A stretch of DNA of 64,000 nucleotides from Patescibacteria group bacterium (GTDB lineage Bacteria; Patescibacteriota; Patescibacteriia; UBA9934). The notes beneath the pieces were generated by a model. The model was not told the DNA's origin and did not search any database. It saw only the letters and a program-made list of their open reading frames with translations. Each line of letters starts with the position of its first letter. Position 1 is the first letter of the stretch. The position numbers were made by a program, and so were the translations under genes. The stretch covers positions 68,352-132,351 of the forward strand of contig JBAZWW010000003.1 in assembly GCA_041660165.1 (NCBI GenBank). The letters are read 5' to 3'. Positions 50,875-60,171 of this stretch are shown here, piece after piece.

Positions 50875-51942
50875 TTAGCGCGAGATCTCGAGAATCCCCG
50901 TTGGCACCCCGAGCGTCTCAAGCATTTGCTTCGCCTTCTCCTCGCTGGCCGGCATCATTTGGCGTTTTTGGAGGTAGAGCGGTTCGAATTTGAGCGTCAG
51001 TTTGTCAGCCTCGACGGTTAAGCGGACAGCCAGCCCGCTTTTTGTAGCTTCCGAGAAATCTTGATCGAACAAGAAATTGCCGAGCGAATAGACGATCGGG
51101 ACATTTTTGTATGTTTCGACGGTTTCAATGACATGCGGATGTCCGCCAATGACGGCGTCTGCGCCAGCGTCAACAAATTGATGCCCCGCAAAGATCTGTG
51201 AGCTGGACGGATTGTGCTGATACTCCACGCCCCAGTGAGGCATAACGATCACGAAATTGCCGGCGGATTTTTCAAGTTTGATGGCCTCGACAATGCCAGC
51301 GGTTGTTTCGTTAAAAGCGTGGTAGCCAATAAAGGCAAAAGTTATTCCGTTCACGGTTTTGTGGGCTACAAACTTTCCGCCTTCCCACGCATCGCCAAAC
51401 GGAGTCATGCCGGCGTTCGTGATTGTTGTCCTGGTGAGCTCCGCGGTTGCCCGGCCATAATCATCAGCATGATTGTTCGACAATGAAAGCAAGTCGAATC
51501 CTTGGGTGGCGAGCATTGAAACATTGCCGGGCGTGGTGTCAAAGTTCATGACGTTTGTTCCTTCGATGTTTTCTTTTTCGCGTACTGTTCCCTCAAAATT
51601 ACCGATAAGCAGGTCACTATTTGAAAGCAAATCTCCAACCTTCGCAAACGGATATTCGGTGCCGTAAAGTTTTATGTATTGCTCCACGTTTCTTGCGAGC
51701 ATAATGTCGCCCACGAATTCAAGAGTCGTGCTCGAGTCGTTCGGTGAGGGCACGATATCCGCCGTAGGGGTCGATCCATGTATCGACCCCGCAGTGACGA
51801 TGCGATCTCCCGCCATGGTCAGATGCGCCCTTCGAGAGATTTCGATGGACGAATTTGCTTTAGAAAACGGCGATACCACAAGAAATCCGATGAGAACGGT
51901 GAGTCCAAGCGCGGTTAACAGTATGGCGAGTTTTGGGGTCAT
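50875..51942 (-). CDS. CapA/PGA_cap family metallophosphatase
   Basis: FVGDIML.R, NFEG, SNNHADDYG, PHWG.EY, GGHPHV, YSLGNFLFDQ. Confidence 0.9.
   Translation of the reverse strand: MTPKLAILLTALGLTVLIGFLVVSPFSKANSSIEISRRAHLTMAGDRIVTAGSIHGSTPTADIVPSPNDSSTTLEFVGDIMLARNVEQYIKLYGTEYPFAKVGDLLSNSDLLIGNFEGTVREKENIEGTNVMNFDTTPGNVSMLATQGFDLLSLSNNHADDYGRATAELTRTTITNAGMTPFGDAWEGGKFVAHKTVNGITFAFIGYHAFNETTAGIVEAIKLEKSAGNFVIVMPHWGVEYQHNPSSSQIFAGHQFVDAGADAVIGGHPHVIETVETYKNVPIVYSLGNFLFDQDFSEATKSGLAVRLTVEADKLTLKFEPLYLQKRQMMPASEEKAKQMLETLGVPTGILEISR
51764..51790 (+). repeat. GTAG-type REP palindrome (family B), in frame
   Basis: GTAGGGGTCGATCCATGTATCGACCCC. Confidence 0.88.
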
Positions 51943-51954
51943 GAACGCATAATC

Positions 51955-52662
51955 TTACTCTGTTGGCTCGATAAATTCAAGACTCTTCACGAGTTTTTCG
52001 ATATTCGTTGAAGCGTTTTCAAAATTAACGTCGTCGGCCAGCCGTTCGTCAGACACGATGATGTTGTCAAAAAGTGTGCCGGTGTGGGGGAGAAGGTAAA
52101 CGTTGGCGGATGATGAGCTGACGCTCAATTTTGCTACGGCATTTTTGTCGCTTGTGGCGATACTTTCGCAGGGAGCAGAGCTGATGAGCACTTTGAGGTT
52201 TGTTGGCAGTTCAGACGAAGGTTTTTTTGCGAATGAACAAACGTCAGAAATGTTTTGCCAGTTTGGCCCGGCATCGTAATACCAGCCAAGGTCGCCCCAG
52301 TATGCATTCCGTCCTTCAGGTTTTTCCCTCGACAAATCCATGAACACTTGGCGCGAATTATCGCCGGAGTTCATCGCAGTTTTCGGTAAGAACGTAAGGA
52401 AAAGCCGAGCGCCGTAATGTTCGACCTGGACGGTTCCAAAACTTTTTGGGAATCCAAATCGCAGGCCAAGTTTGGCATTTTCATAAAGCATCGCTTCCGT
52501 TCCGGGTAGTTCGTGGCTTTTACCGGTATTGAAGTCGAGTACTTCCGCAGGCAATGGCACCGGATTCCTGGTGGTCGTCTTCGGGTTAAGGCTGGTCATA
52601 ATCAGCAGAGCCACCCCGGCCAAAACGCCAATAATACCGATCACAAGCGAATAGCGTTGCAT
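51955..52662 (-). CDS. Membrane-anchored hypothetical protein
   Basis: N-terminal TM; YENAKLG.RF.FP (PsbP-like opening); start moved to MQRY because the longer ORF overlaps a tRNA. Confidence 0.65.
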   Translation of the reverse strand: MQRYSLVIGIIGVLAGVALLIMTSLNPKTTTRNPVPLPAEVLDFNTGKSHELPGTEAMLYENAKLGLRFGFPKSFGTVQVEHYGARLFLTFLPKTAMNSGDNSRQVFMDLSREKPEGRNAYWGDLGWYYDAGPNWQNISDVCSFAKKPSSELPTNLKVLISSAPCESIATSDKNAVAKLSVSSSSANVYLLPHTGTLFDNIIVSDERLADDVNFENASTNIEKLVKSLEFIEPTE

Positions 52663-52707
52663 ATGTTTGCAGTATAACAAAAATACCTCGTTTCCGAGAT
52701 ATTTTTG

Positions 52708-52782
<75 letters not shown>

Positions 52783-52835
52783 AATTCGGTCAAAACTTTA
52801 TCACGCGGGAGTTTGACCGTCAAACAGTGGGAATC

Positions 52836-53054
52836 TTAGCGGCTATACGCTCTTCGTGCTATGGGCTGTCTGCCTACCAGCTGGTCAACTATTTCTCTAG
52901 TTTCAACGGTTGTTTGAGAAACGGTGTGCAGGATGTGTTCGTGGATGCTCAGCGCCTCCCTCGTTTCTTTTCGAAAGTCGCGGAGTTCTTGCATGATGGC
53001 ATTTTGACTATTTTGTAGTGCGTCCAGGGCGGTTTCGGTTGTTTGTTTTTTCAT
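52836..53054 (-). CDS. Small coiled-coil hypothetical protein
   Basis: 72-aa ORF from MKKQ, preceded by a TGCTATACT -10-like element. Confidence 0.5.
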   Translation of the reverse strand: MKKQTTETALDALQNSQNAIMQELRDFRKETREALSIHEHILHTVSQTTVETREIVDQLVGRQPIARRAYSR

Positions 53055-53090
53055 ATTTTTGTCTCGATGATTATTTCGAGTATAGCACCT

Positions 53091-53120
53091 TGAAGGGGCC
53101 GGGCAACCGGCCCCCTTCTT
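53091..53120 (-). terminator. Terminator-like hairpin
   Basis: GAAGGGGCCGG/CCGGCCCCCTTC stem downstream of the 53133-53357 gene. Confidence 0.55.
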
Positions 53121-53132
53121 GTGCAAAAAGCG

Positions 53133-53357
53133 TTATGCCGCTATCGGTTCGGCGGTTGGTTTTCCTTCTCCGCGCATCTGTTTGCGCAACCAGGAGATGC
53201 CGGAATTATTTCCACGAATGTACTGCTCCTTGGAGATCTGGAAGACGAAGTTGTAGATTTCATGACTGATATCTTCCGGCATGTCGAATTTTGACATGAG
53301 GGTGTTGAAACGATCTTCTAAAACTTCGAACCACGGCTTCTTGTTTGTCTTGTCCAT
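53133..53357 (-). CDS. Hypothetical protein
   Basis: 74-aa ORF with protein-like composition, followed by a terminator. Confidence 0.6.
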   Translation of the reverse strand: MDKTNKKPWFEVLEDRFNTLMSKFDMPEDISHEIYNFVFQISKEQYIRGNNSGISWLRKQMRGEGKPTAEPIAA

Positions 53358-53366
53358 ATTGTTGAT

Positions 53367-53392
53367 GTAGGGGCCGATTTATATATCGGCCC
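53367..53392 (+). repeat. Family B REP variant (intergenic)
   Basis: GTAGGGGCCGATTTATATATCGGCCC; compensatory stem change relative to family B. Confidence 0.7.
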
Positions 53393-53410
53393 AGATTATG
53401 ATTATTTCAT

Positions 53411-55261
53411 TTACGTAACGAACGGTAACGTGATCCCCTTAGCCTTGGCCAACCAATAGCCAAGCGCCCCCAAACTGGTAGTGAGTAACCCGCCTCCCAC
53501 CCACGGAATTTGTTTCGTGGGCGGGGGAGCGATGAGATTGTGATTCCTCTCCCCGCTAGGGGAGGAAGTAGGTAGGGGGGTTGTCATATCTGCCGTAGGG
53601 GTCGATCCATGTATCGACCCCGTAAGCACGCTCATCCCCTTCGTCTCCGTTATGGCGAGCGTCCACGCTCCGCTCTTCACTCGCGCCACGCCCGTCACTG
53701 CAATACGGTCGCCGAAGGCCAGGTCAGCAAAGTTGATGGCCACATGCGGAGCAGATGCTATGGCAAGGGTGTCGCCATTTTCGAGTTCCACCGTTACTCC
53801 GCCTTTGGCCATGTCCGTGACCGAGCCTTCCAGACTGAAGTATCCGCCTTGGACAGCTTCGTCGAGTGAGTTAAGCGAGTCTGGCGCCAGCGCGTCCTGG
53901 CCGGTTGTTTTAATGTCCAACCGTTTGCTTATCTTGAGACGCACATAGCCGTCTTTTTGTTGAACCACGCCGGTAACCTGCACGTGTGCCATGTATTTCA
54001 GCTTTGGCCAGTCGGCTTTGTTGAAATACACTTCAAGTCCATTTAGATACATCAGCTGTTTGCCGAATACTCCCGGCAGGCCAACCACTACGCCATCAAC
54101 GGTCACAATTTCTCCATCCGGGACATCGCCGAGTTCTGAGACGTCGAGTACCGTCAGGGTGGTTCCTCTCCCCGTGAGGGGAGAGGCTAGGTGAGGGGTA
54201 GCGGTGGCCGGGGGCAGGGGGGAGGCTACGCTGTCCGCCACCGTTGTTGCGAGCTCCAGCCGAACAGGGCTTGGGGCGGGGGCATCAGGGTTAGTTCCTT
54301 GAGCTTGGTCTTGAACGGCCGGATCAGGGTTGATAACGGCAGGAGTGTTGATTGTCGTCTCATATGTTGTATTCGTTGTGTCGTAGGGGTCGATCCATGT
54401 ATCGACCCTCGTATTAATGGCGAGCGGAGTGGGATCAGATTCAATCCACGTTCCGTCGGGTTGTTTAGCGAGTGATTTTCCTTTTTTCGGCGCCGTTTTG
54501 CCGGTGTACGATATCGCGTCAATCGTTGCTCCGGTTCCATCGAACAGGAAGATTGAGTCGCCATCGTTATTGAGTTTGCCCTTCGGGTTTTGTAGGACAA
54601 AGAAGGCGTGCGCCGGCAGAATCTGATCGGGCAACGGAGTTTTACTTGTCGTCGCATCTTTAACCGTCCACCCGCCGAGAGAGATTTCGTCTTCGGTTGT
54701 GTTGAGAAGCTCAATCCATTCCACACCATCGGCCGGATCAGATACGAATTCATTGATGAGGACGGAGCCAGTGGGATACGGGATTGGCCCGGGTGCCACG
54801 GGCGGTACCACGGGCGCGGTTGATGGCGCGGGCGTTAGGGTGGTCAATGGGGGTGCCGTAGGGGTCGATCCATGTATCGACCCCGCCTCGGTAGGCGTGA
54901 TGATCGGCGCGGGCGCCTCAATCGGCAATGGCTCGATGACCGTGATTGGCGCAACGGGTTCTGGTTCAGGTTCCGGTGCAACTGGTTCCGGTGCCGGCAA
55001 TGGGGCCGTCTGCACCGGACACAGCAGGCACGGATCCCCGGCGTCATCCCCTCCTTGTGAGGGAGGCTCGCCCGTAGGTTGCGAAGTTACGCCCGAGGAG
55101 GGCAGAGGGATGGAGGGGGCCAAGGGGGTGGCTACGTCTCCACCGGTCCCAGCGCTTTCGACGGTTTCGACGATCGCGGTTTCGGATGCGTCTTCTGCTC
55201 TCGCGGGTAGAGGAGACACAAAGGGCAAGAGGGTGAGGATTCCCAAGAGTCCATAGTACAT
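53411..55261 (-). CDS. Lamin-tail-domain surface protein with OB-fold-like domains and a C-terminal anchor
   Basis: VLINEF...EWIEL.N...L.GW...LNNDGD.I.L; OB-like GDRIAVTG; Pro/Thr linkers. Confidence 0.82.
   Translation of the reverse strand: MYYGLLGILTLLPFVSPLPARAEDASETAIVETVESAGTGGDVATPLAPSIPLPSSGVTSQPTGEPPSQGGDDAGDPCLLCPVQTAPLPAPEPVAPEPEPEPVAPITVIEPLPIEAPAPIITPTEAGSIHGSTPTAPPLTTLTPAPSTAPVVPPVAPGPIPYPTGSVLINEFVSDPADGVEWIELLNTTEDEISLGGWTVKDATTSKTPLPDQILPAHAFFVLQNPKGKLNNDGDSIFLFDGTGATIDAISYTGKTAPKKGKSLAKQPDGTWIESDPTPLAINTRVDTWIDPYDTTNTTYETTINTPAVINPDPAVQDQAQGTNPDAPAPSPVRLELATTVADSVASPLPPATATPHLASPLTGRGTTLTVLDVSELGDVPDGEIVTVDGVVVGLPGVFGKQLMYLNGLEVYFNKADWPKLKYMAHVQVTGVVQQKDGYVRLKISKRLDIKTTGQDALAPDSLNSLDEAVQGGYFSLEGSVTDMAKGGVTVELENGDTLAIASAPHVAINFADLAFGDRIAVTGVARVKSGAWTLAITETKGMSVLTGSIHGSTPTADMTTPLPTSSPSGERNHNLIAPPPTKQIPWVGGGLLTTSLGALGYWLAKAKGITLPFVT
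53595..53621 (+). repeat. Family B REP, in frame
   Basis: Exact 27-mer, encodes GSIHGSTPT. Confidence 0.88.
54165..54198 (+). repeat. Family A-like hairpin plus G-rich tail, in frame
   Basis: CCTCTCCCC-GTGA-GGGGAGAGG-CTAGGTGAGGGG; a similar element lies at 53544-53580. Confidence 0.65.
54383..54408 (+). repeat. Family B REP, in frame (alternative frame)
   Basis: 26-nt match, encodes RVDTWIDPY. Confidence 0.88.
54858..54884 (+). repeat. Family B REP, in frame
   Basis: Exact 27-mer, encodes GSIHGSTPT. Confidence 0.88.
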
Positions 55262-55307
55262 AGTGTTTAATTGTTAAGGATCAGCAAACCGGATTCAACA
55301 AACGCGC

Positions 55308-55423
55308 GTTCAAACAACAAACCCCACAGCTATCCTTCGGGGAAAGGAAGCCATGGGGAGTTTGTTTGTACATTCATTGCAACATATCTCCGGAGCTGTT
55401 CGAGTGTGGGGTGGGGATAACTA
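55308..55423 (-). promoter_or_regulatory. Conserved intergenic element, copy 3 (divergent)
   Basis: AGTTATCCCCA, then TATGTTGCAATG 30 nt after TTAT, then CAAACAAACTCCCC...GGGGTTTGTTGTTTG hairpin. Confidence 0.5.
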
Positions 55424-55465
55424 AAAACAACGGCTCTGCGCCGATGTTTTATGAATATTTCTTTT

Positions 55466-55550
55466 TGGTGGGCGAGGAGGGACTTGAACCCTCACGGCCG
55501 AAGCCACATGCTCCTAAGGCATGCGTGTATGCCAATTTCACCACTCGCCC
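55466..55550 (-). tRNA. tRNA-Leu(TAG)
   Basis: Reverse complement GGGCGAGTGGTGAAATTGGC...CATGC-CTTAGGA-GCATG...GGTTCAAGTCCCTCCTCGCCCACCA. Confidence 0.96.
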
Positions 55551-55630
55551 ATAAAGAAAACCTGCTTCAATTTAGCAAAATACCGCGGACTTTGCAATAA
55601 ATTACCCAGCGGGTGCTAGAATGTTCCCGT

Positions 55631-56623
55631 ATGCTGTCTTCTTTTCTCATCACCGCCCTGCTTTCAACACAACTATCCGGCAGAATTCTTTTGGCAGTGG
55701 AGTCTCATGGGGAGGCTTGGTATGTAAACCCCGTTGATCATCTGCGCTACTCGCTCGGCTCGCCGGATGACGCCTGGAACCTGATGCGCGGTTTGGCCCT
55801 TGGGATTTCGAATGCCAACCTTGCTAGGCCACTCCCTACTGAACTTTCCGGTCGGATTCTGCTTGCTGTTGAGGACCACGGCAAGGCGTTTTACGTAAAC
55901 CCGCTGACCATGAAGCTATATTATCTTGGCCGACCCGCAGACGCTTTTCGTATCATGTCCGAACTCGGCCTTGGCATTACAAATGTGGATTTGTCTAAAA
56001 TCCCTTCTTCAAATATCGTTCCCCTTCCATCCTCTCTCTCCTCTCCCTCCCCTGTCGTCCTCTTCACTTCTCAGGCTCCCTTTGGCGAATGGTCAGACCC
56101 TCGCCAGCAGGATGGCTGTGAGGAGGCTTCAGTCTTCATGGCGGTGAAGTGGGCGCTTAGCCAAACCTTTACGCCGGATGAGGCTAAAACGGCGATTATA
56201 GGAATGTCTGATTGGGAGAAGATCACCTTTGGTTCATTCATGGACACCTCTATAGATGACACCGCGGACAGACTGCTACGGCAGTATTTGAATTTCACAA
56301 ATTTCGAGGTGAAGAAGAATATCGGCCCCGCAGACATTCGGGCAGAGCTCGCGCTTGGCCGAGTGGTGATCATTCCGATCGACGGTACCAAACTGAACAA
56401 CTCGAATTTTACTGACGGCGGACCCCTGCGCCACATGCTCGTCGTGACAGGTTTTGATGAAGCTTCAAGCGAGTTCATCACGAATGATCCTGGCACCAGA
56501 ATGGGGGAGGGCTACCGGTATTCCTCGTCCACCATTGCCTCCGCGCTTCGTGATTATCCCTCAGGCGATCATTCGCAGATAACCTCGCTACCCACGGCCT
56601 TTATTGCCGTTCGGAAGAAATAA
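55631..56623 (+). CDS. Peptidase C39-like protein with two N-terminal LSGRILL.VE.HG repeats
   Basis: Q..., GCEEAS (catalytic Cys), HMLVVTG, NDPG. Confidence 0.8.
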   Translation: MLSSFLITALLSTQLSGRILLAVESHGEAWYVNPVDHLRYSLGSPDDAWNLMRGLALGISNANLARPLPTELSGRILLAVEDHGKAFYVNPLTMKLYYLGRPADAFRIMSELGLGITNVDLSKIPSSNIVPLPSSLSSPSPVVLFTSQAPFGEWSDPRQQDGCEEASVFMAVKWALSQTFTPDEAKTAIIGMSDWEKITFGSFMDTSIDDTADRLLRQYLNFTNFEVKKNIGPADIRAELALGRVVIIPIDGTKLNNSNFTDGGPLRHMLVVTGFDEASSEFITNDPGTRMGEGYRYSSSTIASALRDYPSGDHSQITSLPTAFIAVRKK

Positions 56624-56659
56624 GGTAGAATACGCTCCAAGGAGTAATTTATTTTTTCT

Positions 56660-57826
56660 ATGGTAGATCAATACACGACCGTCACCACCAAAGGCTACGG
56701 CTCACGCATTATGGAATCTATTCAGGGAGTCGTCATCGGCTTCTTGCTTTTCATCGTGTCATTTGGTGTTTTGTACTGGAATGAAGGCCGGGTTGATTTG
56801 TCGAGTATTGCCAAGAAGTCCGTTGAAATCAGCGGAACAGAGTTGGCGAGCGGTCAGGATGGATCCTTTGTCTCGGCCAGCGGGACGGTGATGAGTGACG
56901 AAGTGCTTGGTGATGGCGACATGCTGAAGCCGGGCAAGTACTTGTCCGTAGAACGCAACGTAGAAATGTATGCTTGGGTTGAGAAGAAAGATACGCAGAC
57001 AAAGAGCAACACGGGCGGATCGGAAACAACCACCACTACATATTCTTACGCGCAGGAGTGGACCAGTAAGCCCGCGGCTTCCGGCTCTTTCCACGTGCCA
57101 GAAGGCCACACTAATCCAAGTTTGGCCGTGCAGGATGTGAATGTAAAAGTGAGCGCGCTTAAGGTTGGGGTGTATTCCGTGGACGGCAAAACCGTTTCCT
57201 TGCCGGGCGGGGAGAAGCTTTCATTGACGCCGGATATGCTGGCCTTGCCGGTGACGGCAAAGATTTCCGCTGACGCCGTTTATCTGAACAATGCGAATCC
57301 GACCTCGCCGATTGTGGGCGATGTCCGTGAGTCCTACTCAGCTTTGGCTTCCGGTTTTGATGGCACCGTCTTCGGTGAGCTTCATGGAAGCAAAATCACC
57401 AAGTACACGGACGCCAAGGGCAATGAGCTGTACCGCGTCTTTACGGGTGGCCGCGCAGCTGCCCTGGCCACTATGCACGGTGAGTTTGTCATGATGCTCT
57501 GGATCTTCCGCTTGGTTGGCTTCTTCATGATGTGGGGTGGTTTGTCCATGATTCTGGCGCCGGTGGCCATCATCTTGGACTTCTTCCCGATCCTTGGTTC
57601 CCTGGGCAAAATGGCCATCAGCATCATCACGCTGGCAGTCGCCTTGCCACTCGCCATAATTACGATCATTGTCTCGGCAGTTTTACACTCGATTATCGCT
57701 CTTCTGATCGTCCTCGCCGCCTCCTTGGCTGGCGTGGGTTACCTGATTTATAAGAACAAAGATAAGGTGAAGATGCCAAAAATGCCTTCCATGGGTGATG
57801 TGGCAGGAAAGATGATGGGGAAATAA
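56660..57826 (+). CDS. TMEM43 (DUF1625) family membrane protein
   Basis: LYWNEGR, R.VEMYAW.E, P..GDVR, C-terminal TM helices. Confidence 0.85.
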   Translation: MVDQYTTVTTKGYGSRIMESIQGVVIGFLLFIVSFGVLYWNEGRVDLSSIAKKSVEISGTELASGQDGSFVSASGTVMSDEVLGDGDMLKPGKYLSVERNVEMYAWVEKKDTQTKSNTGGSETTTTTYSYAQEWTSKPAASGSFHVPEGHTNPSLAVQDVNVKVSALKVGVYSVDGKTVSLPGGEKLSLTPDMLALPVTAKISADAVYLNNANPTSPIVGDVRESYSALASGFDGTVFGELHGSKITKYTDAKGNELYRVFTGGRAAALATMHGEFVMMLWIFRLVGFFMMWGGLSMILAPVAIILDFFPILGSLGKMAISIITLAVALPLAIITIIVSAVLHSIIALLIVLAASLAGVGYLIYKNKDKVKMPKMPSMGDVAGKMMGK

Positions 57827-57832
57827 CTGAAG

Positions 57833-57940
57833 AACAGATTTACACAGATCTCTAAAAGCGCGACAGATGAGACACAGATTAACCCCTGTGTCTCTTCTTA
57901 TTTGTGTAAAATCTGTTGACCTGCTTTAATCTGTGTAAAT
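57833..57940. repeat. ACACAGAT iterons in inverted arrangement
   Basis: Four (AC)ACAGAT copies followed by about four inverted ATCTGT/CTGTGT-type copies. Confidence 0.65.
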
Positions 57941-57950
57941 TTACCTTGAT

Positions 57951-58547
57951 ATGAGAGTAATACTTATCCACGGCTATAAGGCCACCCCAGACTCAAACTT
58001 TTGGCCTTGGCTTAAGCGCGAGTTGATTGACCGTCGTTTTGAGGTCGTCATGCCAGAGTTGCCGAATCCCGCCGAACCGGATAGGGACGCCTGGACAAAA
58101 GCCGTGCTTGATTCCGTGGGTCCGCTTAAGGATACGGATATCATCATTGGTCATTCCCTCGGTGGTGCTACGGCTTTGCGGTTTCTCGAGGCCGCCGAAG
58201 CCAGAACCACGCCTCACGCCTGCATTCTTATTTCTACCCCTTGGATGATTAAGGACGAGCGTTTCCGCAGTTTCTTTCTGACAGAACTCGATCATGATGT
58301 GCTCATGTGGCGCGCCAGCAAGTTTGTGGTCATTCACGCCAAGGACGACCCGGTCATTCCCTTTGAGCATGCTGAACGTTATGCCGAAGTTTTCCACGCC
58401 AAACTCGTCGCTCCCGAAACCGGCAGACATTTTGATGGTCCTGAATATCCCATCATCCTCGACACTATTCTCAGCATTGCTGAAGAGCCCGTTGAGTACG
58501 CGCCAGGCATGTCCTTGAGCGATGAATTTGCGGAACTCATTAAATAA
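57951..58547 (+). CDS. RBBP9/YdeN family alpha/beta hydrolase
   Basis: LIHGY, W.PWL, GHSLGG, HAKDDP..P, HF. Confidence 0.9.
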   Translation: MRVILIHGYKATPDSNFWPWLKRELIDRRFEVVMPELPNPAEPDRDAWTKAVLDSVGPLKDTDIIIGHSLGGATALRFLEAAEARTTPHACILISTPWMIKDERFRSFFLTELDHDVLMWRASKFVVIHAKDDPVIPFEHAERYAEVFHAKLVAPETGRHFDGPEYPIILDTILSIAEEPVEYAPGMSLSDEFAELIK

Positions 58548-58676
58548 GAGTTATTCACAGGTTGTTGACTCCGGCCCATTCCGTATGTTGTAATGGATTT
58601 ACCTGCTGGAGAAATCCATCGCTGGGTGATACAAAAGCAAACTCCCCTTTATTGGCGGGGTTTGTATTTGTTTTTA
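58548..58676 (+). ncRNA. Putative promoter plus small structured RNA, copy 1
   Basis: GAGTTATTCACA, TATGTTGTAATGG, ACCTGCTGGA-GAAA-TCCA..GCTGGGT hairpin, terminator; homologous to 62790-62920. Confidence 0.5.
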
Positions 58677-58715
58677 TGGCAGATTCAAAGATTACGTGTA
58701 CAATAAGATCATTCT

Positions 58716-59231
58716 ATGAAAACCTCAAAACTTCTCATTGGTGCCAGTGCGGTAGCTGTGCTCCTTGGTGCCGGTTGTATCCCAAGCCCGAAGAATCTGA
58801 TTGAGAACGCCGTTGAGAGTAAAATCAACGCTGAACTTGGCGGGAACGGCGCTGTTGAGATCAAAGACAACGGCATTACGATTAAGGATAAAGAAAACGG
58901 CGGGACCACAAGTTTCGGTGAGGACATGAAATTGCCGGATGACTTTCCAAAGGATGTGGTCATTATGGCTAATGCGGTTATTTCCGGCTCATCCACCAGT
59001 AAGGATGGCGGTTGGGTGTTGTACTCCGTTTCAAAGAGTCCAGCGGAGGTGATCGCTTGGTACAAAGACCAGCTCACGGCCTCGGGTTGGGATAAATACG
59101 GTTCTACTTCCACAACAGGAGAGGAAACGGGCGCGTTTACAAAAGGCGATGCCTGGATGAACGTAGTTGCCAGCGCGGGAGATGATGGAAAAACGGACGT
59201 GACCGTCACAAGAGCTACGCAGACTCAGTAA
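58716..59231 (+). CDS. Lipoprotein, hypothetical
   Basis: Lipobox LGAGC; LPDDFPKDV...WYKDQL.ASGW. Confidence 0.75.
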   Translation: MKTSKLLIGASAVAVLLGAGCIPSPKNLIENAVESKINAELGGNGAVEIKDNGITIKDKENGGTTSFGEDMKLPDDFPKDVVIMANAVISGSSTSKDGGWVLYSVSKSPAEVIAWYKDQLTASGWDKYGSTSTTGEETGAFTKGDAWMNVVASAGDDGKTDVTVTRATQTQ

Positions 59232-59246
59232 GAAAGGGCAAGTTGC

Positions 59247-59276
59247 AAAAAACCGACCGTTGTGGCCGGTTTTTTG
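59247..59276 (+). terminator. Intrinsic (bidirectional-type) terminator
   Basis: AAAAAACCG...CGGTTTTTT. Confidence 0.65.
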
Positions 59277-59343
59277 ATTGTGTAGAAAAGTAATCAACAG
59301 GATAGATAGCGTATTGTTGCTTATGTTAGCAAAGCATTGTAAC

Positions 59344-59364
59344 TTATCCACAGTAGTGTGGATA
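59344..59364. promoter_or_regulatory. Inverted pair of consensus DnaA boxes
   Basis: TTATCCACA-GTAG-TGTGGATAA just upstream of a TrmB-family gene. Confidence 0.6.
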
Positions 59365-59376
59365 ATATTTCTCCAT

Positions 59377-60171
59377 ATGTCAGATTCCGTATATTTTAAC
59401 GCTGAGCTCAAGGAGCTTGCAGAAGCACTGAAAATGCTAGGGGCAACCCAAAACGCGGTTGCTTTGTACATGGCGAGTTTTACTACCGGACGTACGACGG
59501 TGGGGAAGCTGGCCAGTATCTGCCAGATGGATCGTTCCTCGGCCTATATTGCGGTCGAGCAGTTGCGAGAGCTTGGTGTGCTTGAGACTGACGAGACTTC
59601 GGCTAGAAAAACCATTCTCGCCAGGCCACCAAAGGCTGTTCTTTCGCGCTTGCGAACGGAGATGCGTCGATTGCGTCGTCAGCACGATACGATTGAAGAA
59701 TCGCTTCCCGGCCTTCTCGCCTCTTATGTAGCTCACGAGTCGAAACCGACCTTGCAGTTCTTTTCGGGCATCGAAGGTCTCCATCAGATTGCTGACGATG
59801 TACTCGAATACGGGAAGGAGGAGGTTCTCTTGTATACGAACCAGGCAACGGAAGAAAATGTTTTTAGCGAGGCTGATCACAAAGAGTTTATTGCCGAGCG
59901 TTTGCGTCGAGGGCTCTCGATCCGTGTGTTAGCGGCCGATGTACCTGAGTCGTACGAGCTTCAGAGGCGCGACAAACAGTGTCGTCGAGAGACGAGAATT
60001 GTTGATGGTGAGCCGTTTACCAGCGAAACGTATATCTATGCAGATAAAGTGGCCATGCTCAGCTTTGATAAAGAAATCATTGGTTTTGTTGTTCGCTCGA
60101 AAGACTTCGCTCAAGCCCAGCGCTGGATGTTTGAACAAATCTGGGAAAAACACGGAGGAAAAAATGCCTAA
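59377..60171 (+). CDS. TrmB-family transcriptional regulator
   Basis: LG.T...V.LY...LA....DRSSAY...L..LG winged HTH; F.GIEG; IY.DKVA; FEQIW; start moved to MSDS. Confidence 0.82.
   Translation: MSDSVYFNAELKELAEALKMLGATQNAVALYMASFTTGRTTVGKLASICQMDRSSAYIAVEQLRELGVLETDETSARKTILARPPKAVLSRLRTEMRRLRRQHDTIEESLPGLLASYVAHESKPTLQFFSGIEGLHQIADDVLEYGKEEVLLYTNQATEENVFSEADHKEFIAERLRRGLSIRVLAADVPESYELQRRDKQCRRETRIVDGEPFTSETYIYADKVAMLSFDKEIIGFVVRSKDFAQAQRWMFEQIWEKHGGKNA

Noticed and set aside
58590-58676. Known riboswitch (c-di-GMP-I, fluoride, guanidine-II)
   Set aside because: The consensus nucleotides I recall for these classes are absent; kept as an unclassified structured element.
59344-59364. oriC
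   Set aside because: Only two perfect boxes, no dnaA or dnaN nearby, and no extended unwinding element.
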